A DNA stretch of 63,827 nucleotides, filler included, from Choristocarpus tenellus KU-1152 (lineage: Eukaryota; Protista; Phaeophyceae): assembly GCA_964200185.2 (NCBI GenBank). It is 12 parts of 12 records of this genome, joined end to end, with 100 filler letters (N's around TTAATTAATTAA, not from the genome) between each part and the next. Parts side by side here need not be neighbours in the genome. Positions count along the whole stretch, not along the records: positions 48,227 to 53,526 come from CAXNAD020011234.1; positions 53,627 to 58,321 come from CAXNAD020013435.1; positions 58,422 to 60,994 come from CAXNAD020026652.1; positions 61,095 to 63,827 come from CAXNAD020025219.1; 8 more parts are not named here. The stretch is one strand, 5' to 3'. The notes under the pieces are model-generated. The model made no database searches, had not been told where the DNA came from, and worked only from the letters and a program-made list of their open reading frames with translations. Shown here piece after piece: positions 50,957 through 62,520 of this stretch. Every line of letters begins with the position of its first letter. Position 1 is the stretch's first letter. The position numbers and the translations under genes were made by a program.

Positions 50957-53900
50957 TCAGTCGTAGCCCTGGAGGCGAAAAATCCAAGAATGGAGAAAAA
51001 AATGGAGAATCTGGAAGTTGATTATCACAAGTTGGAATCTGCATACAACAACCTCCAAGGAAAACTAAACATGCAGATCGAGGGACCGGGTGCTTCTTCT
51101 AGACCCCTTGGTGCTATCAATGAAGACGGGAAAGAAAAACAGTTCTCACCTTCAATTAGTTAGGAGGAAGGGGAGGAGGAGGAGAAGAAGGCAGAGGTGG
51201 CGCCCAGAACAAGGACAATGAGATATCCCCACCCAATGCTGGGGAAGAGGACAATGATCATGATGGAAGCCCTTTCATCATGATGTTTAACCTTGGTCGC
51301 CTTGAACCAATCGATCAGTGGGAGGATGGCGAGGGCAAGGAGGAGGGTGGTGGAGGGGACGAGGAAGTACATGGAACGAAGATGGGGGTTGGCAAGAGGA
51401 GCACGATCAAACATGGAAGACGAAGACGACATCTTCCAGCATGTCCCAAGAGAGACGCCTGACCAGGAGTTTCAAAATAAGCAACTGTGGAGGTGCCAGT
51501 CTTTCACATGTTTCGTCCCGTGGGCTCAATGCCGAGATTAACATAGGATTAAAATAGATAATTTATATAATTTTTTCGTACCATCTATCTGTTGTGTAGA
51601 CATCGACAGACTCAACTGTCTTCACTTTTGAGGCCAAACACTCCTACTTGTAGTTAGATGTGCATACGATAATGCAGTTGAAAAATAGTGAAGATGCAAA
51701 AGTTGTGAAGACGACTCCACCTGTTTTTGGTTCATAACACAACATAATACGCTGAATGATAACAGGAGAAATTATAGAGTACTAGTACAATATACGCAAT
51801 TTATCCCTTTGCTTATCAATGATAGGTACTTAATGCTGGAGGTTGACACCCTCAACTGCGTTTTCTTGAAGTAGTCAACATCAGTAAAAGAGTGTTGATT
51901 TTGTGTTTTCTATGTACTGTTGTGCTATTATTCAAGAATATAGTGGACAACGTACGAAAAGTGCGAAAACATAGATTGGGCTGCTGCTCCACCTGTTGCG
52001 ATTTGTAATGCCTTCAATTACACACACATGAAATATATATATAGGTATGTCTATGTGAGTGTGTATGTGTGCACACTACGAAAGGCATCGTAGTCAAACT
52101 GTTTACGGTCTCATAGTAGGGTGGTAGTAGTGGTACCATCGCTACCATCTCTTACATTTCGCTCATTTGTGATAGAGTTAATTGCGGTAACAAGCTATTC
52201 GTCCTTTTCTTCTTGATACAGGAACGAGTTATGGAACCACTCATATCAATAGTTGGGAGGAGTAAGGGATACGGGTTACTAAACTCTTAAGACGTGCAAA
52301 ATCGTTTCAGAAGAGCTTACAGTCTCAACGAGAACGAATTATTACTTCCAATCCGTTTCTCCTGTAACAGTTGGGGCCCTGTATGCGACAACTCAAATGC
52401 TGTATTTTGATAAAAATTTCAACAAAGTATCAAGAACTACGTTCATATATTATTTTAGTTCTTCGAAAAGATGAAATTGCAACAATTGACCAATACCGCT
52501 TGGTTTACAACCCAAAACTTCTTGATGTTTACTACCTCAATCTCAAAAAGTACTTCTATTTACCCATTCCATCCACACACGGCAATCAATCATAAACACG
52601 TTCCATTGTAAACTATGGATCGGAAAAAATACCACGATGGGTTGTAGACCCCGTTTGGAGAACATGTCTCACTCACACAACATGGGGGTTTACTCCATAA
52701 GGTATGGAACTCAACGCATCTACATCAATTTAGTACTGTACCACCAAGGAACTACATTATAATCCAGCATATAAGCCTTCCACCCTACACCAAAACCCCC
52801 TCTGAGAACTGTGTTGGATGGTTCATCTTCATCCAATGCAACGAAAAAGGAGAGAAAACAATGCAACTTTTCCTTTCTTACGCACAGTTTCAGATTGCAC
52901 CTACAACACATCTCACTGCCAAAAACTCGAAGTTCAAAATGAAAAATGGCACATCTCATGTTTCATCAGTACTGGTGGATAACACATACATCCATAAATG
53001 TATTTGAAGTTAACATGTACACTTTGTTACTTCAAATTTTGTCTTCCTTTTTCTTTGATATTAATTAACTTAGTCAAACTGCCCCACGTCTGTCAACTCC
53101 CTCTTGTTGCAGTTTGAACTGAGCGGTTGTCAGTCTATACTCGAGGATTTGTGCAATTGTAGAGACACAAATCTACTTTGTGTTCTCGCCAACACTCGTA
53201 TCCCTGCCATAATGCGGGTGCATTATGGTGCACAGTTCTCTTTGCCTGGATCAGTACCGAAAATGACGCTTCTTGATCCTATTGGAAATCGAGTTCCCCA
53301 TCTGAGGAGTCGCGTAGTAGTGTCTACCCTTCCGACCTCAACCATGCTGAAGCTCCACCGTTCGCTGGATGATGTGGATGAGGGTTATCGGGAGATAGAT
53401 ATGGGTCAGGAGCGAGAACAATGGGATCAAGAAAGAGGAATGGGGAGAGGAGGGGGGCAAGGGAGGGGGAGGGATACGAGACGAGGAAGGGGAGGACGGA
53501 TGAGAGGAGGAGGGAGGGGTGGCGGGNNNNNNNNNNNNNNNNNNNNNNNNNNNNNNNNNNNNNNNNNNNNTTAATTAATTAANNNNNNNNNNNNNNNNNN
53601 NNNNNNNNNNNNNNNNNNNNNNNNNNGCAACCAAAACGCCCAAAAATCGCGTCATGAAAAAATTGACCCCAAATGGACAGCTGCCACCCCCCCCCCCAGA
53701 TACTTTGAGCCTTGTAGTGGCGCACGTATGTATATAAATGGATGGGAGATGTGTTGGAGGTGGATACAAGGGACGGGGGATGAAACCTAGAGGGATCGTA
53801 TGCCAGCAGTGGATCTCTAATTCTGTAGATATTTACGCGTGGTAACTGCTGCAGCAACGCGGGGACGGCCGGATGAATGATATTGTTGAAGCATAAAAAA

Positions 53901-54118
53901 ATATATCGCACATGTATATACACACATAGTAATACATAACTCCACGCTGGAGGGATCTCTAACTTTGTATATCAGACATCTAGGCGTGGTAACTGCAAAG
54001 TGAATGTGGTGAGTACGGTCGGATTACATTGTTCTGAGATAGGACTACAGTTCAATCATCAAGCAGGGGGGAAAATATACCGTGTACAAATAACACTGTG
54101 TACATACATCAAACCCAC

Positions 54119-54593
54119 CTCTCCACGCCGGTGGATGCTCTTGTGTTAGGTGTGCCTTTGCAAGCGTCGATGACATGATTGGATATTCCGAACAATGCCT
54201 TGAAAAACTGCATACAGACAGGAATGCCGGCCGCGAGCATAGATCCGCCTCCAGGTCCCAACTTAATCACAGGTACACGGTCGCCAACGAAGTGCTTGCG
54301 ATCACGGCGGTTCTCACACGCCCGGATGATGTCCTGCTCTTGGCCAACGTGCGTGCAAGGAAGGACTCGCTATCTGCCGCGAACTTCTTCACACAGGCTA
54401 AGCGCTTGCAGCAGTCACCCTGTTCGTTGACCAGGATGGGTTCAGCCCATCCTCGGTGAAGCTTGGCGCCGGTCGCTGAAGTGTCATTGGTAGAAAGCTC
54501 CAGCGCATCATTGTTGGCGGTCTGGTAAGGGGGCAACACAGGGGGAGACGCAGGCGACAAAAGCCACCCCCTTGCTGTGGAAGCAACTGTCAT
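54119..54593 (-). pseudogene. First exon of a Sola-superfamily DNA transposase (frameshifted)
   Basis: ATG at 54593, then CCKRLACVKKF, one frameshift, then GIPVCMQFFKALFGISNHVID and donor AG|GTGGGT at 54118. The Cys cluster plus VCxxFxxxxGIS matches the Sola transposase N-terminal region as I recall it; the DDD core is not in the window. Confidence 0.7.
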
Positions 54594-54667
54594 GGTGGTT
54601 TCGGGCAACAGGTGGTCTTGGGCAGTGAGAAGGTCTTGGAGTTATTAGATTCGAAGGCGGGCGTATG

Positions 54668-55800
54668 AACTTTGTTTGAGTTCCGGGCTATCCATGGGAC
54701 CACCCTGAGATCCATGATCTTGAAAATCCGTGCATTACGGTTTTTGGAAGTTGTAAATCCGATTATATCCGTACATACAAATTTTTAAAATACAAATCAT
54801 ACACTTAATTGATATTGTACGTTTCCAATGTTCCGAAACCAACTTTGTTTGAGCTCCGGGCGATCCGTGGACCACCCTGAGATCCATGATCCTGAAAATC
54901 CGTGCATTACGGTTTTCGGAAGTTGTAAATCCGATTATATCCATACTGACAATTTATTAAAATACAAAGCACATACTTAATTGATATTGTACGTTTCCAA
55001 TATACCGAAACCAACTTTGCTTGAGCTCCGGGCGATCCGTGGGACCACCCTGAGATCCATGATCCTGAAAATCCGTGCATTACGGTTTTCGGAAGTTGTA
55101 AATCCGATTATACCCGTATTTACAATTTTTGAAAATACAAAGCACATACGTCATTGATCTTGTTCGTTTCCAATGTTCAGAAACCAAAAGGTAAAAAAAA
55201 AACTGGCACCCTCTAATATTTTGAAGTACAAAATCTTAAATTGTTGGACATTTGCATTCTTAAAAATACTAGAGATGACAAAACGCGGTTCTTTGGGTTT
55301 AGGGGATCCGAATCGGATCCCCTAAACCCTTGAACACCCAAAACATGCGCATTAGGATTTTTGGAAATAGTAAATCCAGTAATAACCGTTCTTACAATTT
55401 TTGAAGATACAAAGCACGCACTTTATGGGTCTCATACGTTTCCAATGTTCAGAAACTAAAAGGTCACTTCCAACTGGTACCCACAATTTATTTAAATACT
55501 AAAACCGCTTTTTGGCGATTTTAGTATTCTTAAAAATACTAGAGACGACAAAAAAGCAGACCTAGAGTTTTAAAGATCCGATCGGATCGCCTAAACCCTT
55601 GAAGACCCAAAATGCGTGCGTTAGGGTTTTTACGAAATAATAATAATACTCTAGTCTTTACATCAACAAATACATATACAAACCACATCCTTCATTGATC
55701 CAATATGTTTCAAACGTACGAAACGAAAAGGTCACAAAAAACTGTTGCTCTCAGTCTCTTTTCAATATGAAATCGTATGCTGTTCGATAGTAGTATTTTT
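54668..55800. repeat. Internal tandem array of copy 2: three 172-173-bp units, then two ~270-bp units with palindromes
   Basis: Unit starts AACTTTG at 54668, 54841, 55013; AAAAGGT at about 55186, 55458, 55727; shared core ending CGTTTCCAATGTTC.GAAAC. Confidence 0.92.
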
Positions 55801-55971
55801 TATAACACAATTGTAAACGGAAAGACAAATCTGAGTTTTGAGGACCGACTGAACAGATGAAATAAAGCAGCACCTCCCATCCCTCAGTCCTCATTTCAAT
55901 TCATTCCCTTCCGTACATACCATGTGCACCTGTTATTTATCGATCCCCGTCACACCCTCCCAATCTTCGCC

Positions 55972-58296
55972 ATGTCCAGCATCTAAAAAAAAACAAAAAC
56001 AACAACCCACCCGCCCGCCGATGGCGCTCCCCTCGGATCGAGAACGTGGGACAGCAATCTGAAGGGTATGTCCTCGCTCCTAGAGCATCACTACCTCGGC
56101 ACGTACCGAATGAAACTCGGCAACATCACATGCGCGGAGATGGTGCGTTCACTGAGCGAGCATGACCTTGCACATGTCAGCAAGTTCATCCCCGAGAAAG
56201 GCTGGCTGGAGCAGTTTGCTCCGTCTGTCGTAATCCAGCGAGACTGTTTAGGTAATGGGGACCAGCTCACCGCCGAAACTGCGCTTGCCATTCAAGGACG
56301 TCCACTGGACGGAAACCATGGAATAACGGTGCTGAAGAGAGAGCTTGATCCCGAACACGCTTTCATGATGCGTGTCTACATGGAGTTCAACCAAGCAGAA
56401 GAGAGGCTAATTGCCAACGGTGGGTGATGGAGTGTTGTCGTTGTTCCATGATCGCCTGACTATTCTGATTAACTAAGCAACAAAGTAAGTTGAGTGTTTT
56501 CGTTGTTCCATGATCGCCTGATGACTCTTCTGATATACGAAGTTGTTGCCGAGTTTCCTTTGTTTGCTCCATCGTCAGTTAGCCCGTTGAGGATCTTTTC
56601 GTTGTTGATCTTTTTTATCCCTCGTGGTCTTTCTGTCCACAGCAACATGTTGCTCAGTACTGCATGCCGCGTGTGTCCCGCGACCGCTTCCCACCTACCC
56701 CTTGTCCCATTCGCCCACTACACCGCTACGCTTATAGCATTCAATGACGCGACCGAGAGTGTCGTTGAGCGCACGCTGTACGATAAGATATATTTGCAGC
56801 ATGAGCTCGAAGAAGCTATCAAGCGACAGACGAAGAAGCAAGAAGTGTCACTAGTAGAGATCCGCAAAATGTACAACAAGGTGAGGGAGTTGTCAACGTT
56901 CGTGGGATGGTGGCACTCTACTCCTCCTCTTGTTGGGTTACAGCTGTTGTGAAATCTCTCTGTGTCCTCCTATTCAACCTAAGTTGAGATAGTTATCCCG
57001 CGTTTAGGAACCCTGTCAACCAACTTATTGATTTTCGGGTGACCATGTAGTATGTATCTATGGTTAGCCACAGACGAACAATAAAAAGCTTCCTTGTTTG
57101 TTTTATCAACGGTGTTGCCTGAACCCCCCCCCCCCCACTCATACATACCCCGTTGGCGTGGAAATAACGATGCCTCACCCTCGCCGGCTGGGTGCATAAT
57201 ATTTTCCGTTTTCTGCCCATCGCAAAGGTGGGCGTTCCTCCCCCGGCGAAAACAACTCTACGAAACTGGCAGCAAGGCGTTAAGTCCCTTCGACCAGAGT
57301 CCTTCGAGGTACTGAAGGAAGTATGTGAGACCTCGTCACCACAGGTCGACCGCAACGCAGTCACCCTGAACTATCTGAGTGAAAGTATCTTAGAGGGTAC
57401 GAGTTTTGCCCTGTTTGTCCATTTGAGGCTTGACTTCCCTCGGGGGTTTTTATGACATTTTCCTACTCCGAATATTTCGGAGTAGGTAAAATGTATACGT
57501 TATGAAAAGGTGTTTCCGCAACAAGAATATTGACACTTCCTAACAAACACGATGGCCAAAATTACATCAAAATCGCAACATTGGATTTTGGTCCCAAAAT
57601 GGACGCGGCTCTACCCTCTAATATACTTTGGCTCTCTGAGCCGCGAGGAGTTTGCTGACTTCACTTCTCTCAAGCAGGGGCTATGCGTCCATCTGCTTGC
57701 TAGGCAAGTCAAACCGCCACTGTGTTTTATCGTGTAGACAGCAGGAAGCGCAATGTGTACAGGTCGCAGCATATTGCACAGGAACGTAAAATAAGTGTCT
57801 CCTACGATGAAGAATGTGGTCGGCCATTGTTGTGTCGAACGAAGAACCCTTCGTAGTATTGTGGAAATTCTACAAACAGTGTGTGTTTCCTGTATATGTG
57901 CGCTCTTGTCTTTTCTGAACTACGACAATCGATCCATGAATATTTTCTGCAGTGGCGACCCTTTCCTCATCATTACCAGCGCATCGTTCTCATTGACGTC
58001 CTTCATGGCCATTCTCTTTTTGCAGGTACAAGTCGTTCAACGGGAAGGTTCCTACGGCAAGGGACTACAAGGGCATCGAATCGGACGCGCACGTCTGAGA
58101 TGGTTGTCTCGCGCACCAGGCACATTGTGCCCAAGGAGAAGCGGACACCACAGCTCCAAAGGTTGGTAAATAGTGCAGTTGCAGTGGTTATCTTTTTTTG
58201 CCTTTTCCGTATCTCCAGTGCACCCATACGTCGCCATGCGCCCCTCAATTGTAAAATATACTGTCAGCGTCTTTTTCGGCACTGCACTTATTGATT
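55972..58296 (+). pseudogene. Accessory gene copy 2, exons 1-4: ParB/Srx N-domain and HTH
   Basis: Exons 55972-56419, 56738-56880, 57228-~57703 (split by MITE-B), 58026-~58161. Spliced: VRSLSEHDLAHVSKFIPEKGW...PLDGNHGITVLK...ERLIANA|FNDATESVVERTLYDKI...KTTLRNWQQGVKSLRPESFEVL. Early stop at codon 5. Confidence 0.8.
57377..57634 (-). mobile_element. MITE-B (258 bp), 3-bp TSD TCT, inserted in the HTH exon
   Basis: Empty site CTATCTGAGTCGCGAGG is present in copy 1 at about 16586-16602. Confidence 0.95.
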
Positions 58297-58505
58297 GGCT
58301 CAAAGTATCTGCGGGGGGGTGNNNNNNNNNNNNNNNNNNNNNNNNNNNNNNNNNNNNNNNNNNNNTTAATTAATTAANNNNNNNNNNNNNNNNNNNNNNN
58401 NNNNNNNNNNNNNNNNNNNNNCAACTGGCATGGTCTTTTCAAGCAACAGGCAGTCTTGGACAGTGAGAAGGTGTAGGAGTGATTAGGTTCGAAGACGAGC
58501 GTATG

Positions 58506-59560
58506 AACTTTGTTTGATCCTCGGGTGATCGGTGCAACAACCCTGAGATCCATGATCCTGAAAATCCGTGCGTTACATTTTTCGGAAGTTGTAAATCAGA
58601 TTATATCCGTGATTTCTATTTTTTTTAAATCCAATTATATCAGTGATTTCTATTTTTTAAGATACCAATCACATGCTTAATTGTTAATGTACATTTCCAA
58701 TGTTCCGAAATCAACTTTGTTTGATCTTCGGGCGATCGGTGGGACCACCCTGAGATCCCACCGATCCTGAAAATCCGTGCGTTACATTTTTCGGAAGTTT
58801 TAAATCAGATTATATCCATGATTTCTATTTTTTTAAAATCCAATAATATCAGTGATTTGTATTTTTTTGAAGATACCAATCACATAATTGATATTGTATG
58901 TTTCCAATGTTCAGTAACAAAAACGTCAAAAAACAACTCTGACCCTCTACATATTTGAAGTACAAAATCTTACCAAATTGGACATATGGATTGTCATAAA
59001 CTATAGAGGCTATAAAAAGTGGTTCTTTGGGTAAAACAGATCCGCGCGGATCTTATATACCTGGAGATCCACTTTACACATGCGTTAGAGTTTTTTAAAA
59101 TAGTAAATCCAGTAATAACCGTTCTTAGGGTTTTAAAAATACCAAGAACGCACTTTAAGGGTCTCACACGTTTCCAATTTTGAGAAACTAAAAGAACACT
59201 TCCAACTGGTACTCACTATTTATTTAAATACTAAATCCGCTTTTTTGGCGTCTTTAGTATTCTTTAGTATTTAAATAAACACTAGAGACCACAAAAAAGA
59301 GAATCTATAGTATTCAAGATCCGCGCGGATCTTGTTTACCGTGGAACACACAAAACACGTACGTTAGGGTTTTTACAAAATTAGAATGATATTCTAATCT
59401 TTACATCAAGAAATATAGATACAAACCACATCCTTCATTGATCTAATACGTTTGAAACGTACAAAACGAAAAGGTCACAAAAATACAGGTACTCTCTTTC
59501 CCAGTTCAATATTAAATCGTACGCTGTTTGATATTCGTATTTTTTAAAACATAATTCTCA
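58506..59560. repeat. Internal tandem array of copy 3: two ~207-bp units, then ~270-bp units with palindromes
   Basis: Homologous to 54668-55800; preceded by 58422-58505, which matches the transposase start region 54585-54667. Confidence 0.88.
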
Positions 59561-59718
59561 TAAAAAAATTGTGAAATCTGGGTTTTGAGGATCTACAGAC
59601 CAGATAAAATAAAACAGCACCTCCCGTCCCTTAGTCCTCATTTCAATTCATTCCCTTCCATAGATACCACGCAGACCTCTTAATTATCCATCCCCATCAC
59701 ACCCTCCCAATCTTCACC

Positions 59719-60742
59719 ATGTCCAACATTCCCTCCACAACAACCCACCCTCCCGCCGATGGCACTGCCCACGGATCGAGAACGTTGGACAGCAATCTGA
59801 AGGGCATGTCCCACCTCCTAGAGCATCACTACCTCGGCTCGTACAAGATGAAACTCACAAACGTCACATGCGCAGAGATGGTGCGTCCTTTAAACGAGCA
59901 TGGCCTTGCGCGCGTGAGCAAGTCTATAAAGGAGAAAGGCTGGCTGGATCAGTTTGCTCCAAGTGTTGTCATCCAGCGAGACTGTTTAGGTAATGTGGAT
60001 CAGCTCAACGCCGAAACTGCGCTTGCCATTGAAGGGCGTGTACTGGACGGAAATCATCGAATAACGGTGCTGAAGAGAGAGTTTGATCCCAAACGCGCTT
60101 TCACCATGCGGATCTACATGGAGTTCAACCAAGCCGAGGCTAATTGCCAGCGGTGGGTGATGGAGTGTTTTCGTTGTTCCATAATCGCCTGGCCATTCTG
60201 ATCAACTAAGCAATATAGTAAGTTGAGTGTTCTCGTTGATTCATGTTCGCCTGATGACTATGACCATCAAGTAAGCAACAAAGTAAGTTTATAATCACCA
60301 CGTTGTTCCATGATTGCCTAACCATTCTGATCAACTAAGCACCGAAGTAAGTTGAGTGCTTTCATTGTTTCATGATCGCTTGATGACTATTCTAATATAC
60401 GAAGTTGTTGCCGAGTTTCCTTTGCTAGGTTCATTTTCAGTCAGCCCATTGTGGATCTTTTCGTTGTTCGTCTTTTTTATCCCTCGTGGTATTCCTGTCC
60501 ACAGCAACATGTTGCTCGGTGCCGCAGGCCGCGTGTGTCCTGCAACCACTCCCCAACTAACCCTTGTCCCGTTCGCCCACTGCACCGCCATGCTTATAGC
60601 ATTCAACGACGCAATCGAGAGTGTGGTTGAGCGCACGTTATACCTTAAGATATATTTTCAGCATGAGCTCCAAGAAGCTATCAAGCGATAGACGAAGAAA
60701 TAAGAAGTGTCACTAGCAGAGATCCGCAGAATGTACCAAAAG
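59719..60742 (+). pseudogene. Accessory gene copy 3, exons 1-2: ParB/Srx N-domain
   Basis: Exons 59719-60152 and 60600-60742; VRPLNEHGLARVSKSIKEKGW..PSVVI..RVLDGNHRITVLK. 5-nt deletion at the end of exon 1 relative to copy 2; two stops in exon 2. Confidence 0.85.
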
Positions 60743-61118
60743 GTGAGAGAGTTCTACACATTGGTGGGATGGTCGCGCTCTACTCCTCCTCTAGTTGGGT
60801 TACAGCTATTGCGAGATCTCTCTGTGTCCTGCTATTCAACCTAAGTTGAGATAGTTATCCCGCGTTTAGATACCCTGTCAACCAACTTATTGATCTTCGG
60901 GTGAACATGTAGTATGTATGTGTGGTTAACCACAGACGTGCAAAAAAAATTATTTCTTGATTGTTTTATCAACGGTGTTGCCTGAAACCCCCCCNNNNNN
61001 NNNNNNNNNNNNNNNNNNNNNNNNNNNNNNNNNNNNNNTTAATTAATTAANNNNNNNNNNNNNNNNNNNNNNNNNNNNNNNNNNNNNNNNNNNNGAGTGT
61101 GGGGGGGTGGGGGGGGGT

Positions 61119-61158
<40 letters not shown>

Positions 61159-61274
61159 AAAATGTTGCAAGGTTTTTGTAGATTTGGAAGGCGAAGCGAT
61201 GAACGTGGCGTTGGCCGCCACGAGAGAGTATTCCGAATGTGGTCTCAAGGTTCGATGATGAGAAAACAATATAT

Positions 61275-61536
61275 TAGGGAAAGTATCTTTGAGGGTACGA
61301 GTTTTGCCCTGTTTGTCTGTGTTGGGCTTTTGGTTTCCCACACAGGTTTTTGATGACATTTTCCTACTCCGATATGGTTCAGAGGAAGTAAAATGTATAC
61401 GTTATGAAAAGGTGTGCCTGGAACAAGGCTATTGAGACTTCCTAGCAAACATGATAGCCGAAATTATGTCAATATCGCCACATTGGATTTTGTCCCCCAA
61501 ATGGACACGGCTCTACCCTCTAAGATAATTTCACTC
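61275..61536 (-). mobile_element. MITE-B, probable 3-bp TSD TAT
   Basis: TAGGGAAAGTATCTTTGAGGGTACG...CCCTCTAAGATAATTTCACTC. Confidence 0.85.
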
Positions 61537-62376
61537 TATAATTTGGATTTTAATTGTCCCGAAGTTTTGCCGAGATGGTTTTACATGGATCGGGACTGAT
61601 CCGGGACAGTTGATCATGTTTTGGTTGCTGTGAGTAACGTCAACAATCTCCAAGAATTTATTGATGTTTGAAGGATGATGTTTGAAGGATGTTGATTGTC
61701 AGTGTAACGGTGAATGCAACACAGGTACAAGGATGCATAGATGGGGGACCACAAGGAGTTCAACCTCAAGGACTTGAGAGCTAGATGTTTTTGGCTACAG
61801 GTTGCTATGAAATGTGACCCGGAGCGGTTCAGGGTTGCTACAATTTGTTTTTTGGACTTTAGTTTTCAAGAAAATTGAAAGTAAAAAAAAAATAGTTTTG
61901 TTGTATTTTATTTTCTTCTTTCTGAAACCGTTCTCGAATAGGAAATTGATGGGTTAGTTTCCTGAATCACTAGACCAAACATAATGACGTTCCAGAGAGA
62001 GGGAGACCTGTAGATTGTAACTTTGTTTTTGTTTTTCTTCTTTTGGTTTAGATTGCCAACACTATAGTGATTGTCCCGATCAGGATCTTGCCACTATCAA
62101 ATCCACATTCAGAATAGCAGACCAGACCAAAAAAAAATGAAGTAAACAACAACGGTCATGTTCTTTCCTTACACCAGAATAGAATTGTGGGAAAATATAC
62201 GCATTCTTAGGGTTAGGTTTAGAGTTAGGGTTAGGGTTAAGGGAATCAGAATCGACAAACATGTGCCGGTGAGGTTTACTGACTGCACTGCATTACAGAA
62301 GTCGTGTGTAATATTTGTCATCCCTTGAAATGTTCCACGTACGGGGGTATGCGGGGTGTGACTTATTGTGACCTTT

Positions 62377-62520
62377 TAATTTAATTTAATTTAATTTAAT
62401 TTAATTTATTTTGATTTGATTTAATTTATATTGATTTGATTTAATTTAATTTAATATAATTTATTTTGATTTGATTTGATTTGATTTGATTTGATTCATT
62501 TGAATTTAATTTAATTTAAT
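62377..62520. repeat. (AATTT/GATTT)n pentanucleotide repeat
   Basis: Directly visible. Confidence 0.95.

Noticed and set aside
54668-55185. CRISPR-like array
   Set aside because: Whole ~173-bp units are repeated with no unique spacers, and there are no cas genes.
60688-60703. RIP- or methylation-driven C-to-T decay of the element
   Set aside because: Stops do arise by C-to-T, but three examples cannot establish a mutational bias.
62207-62243. Telomere (TTAGGG-like; also near 42093 and 63101)
   Set aside because: Only 2-6 degenerate interstitial units; not a chromosome end.
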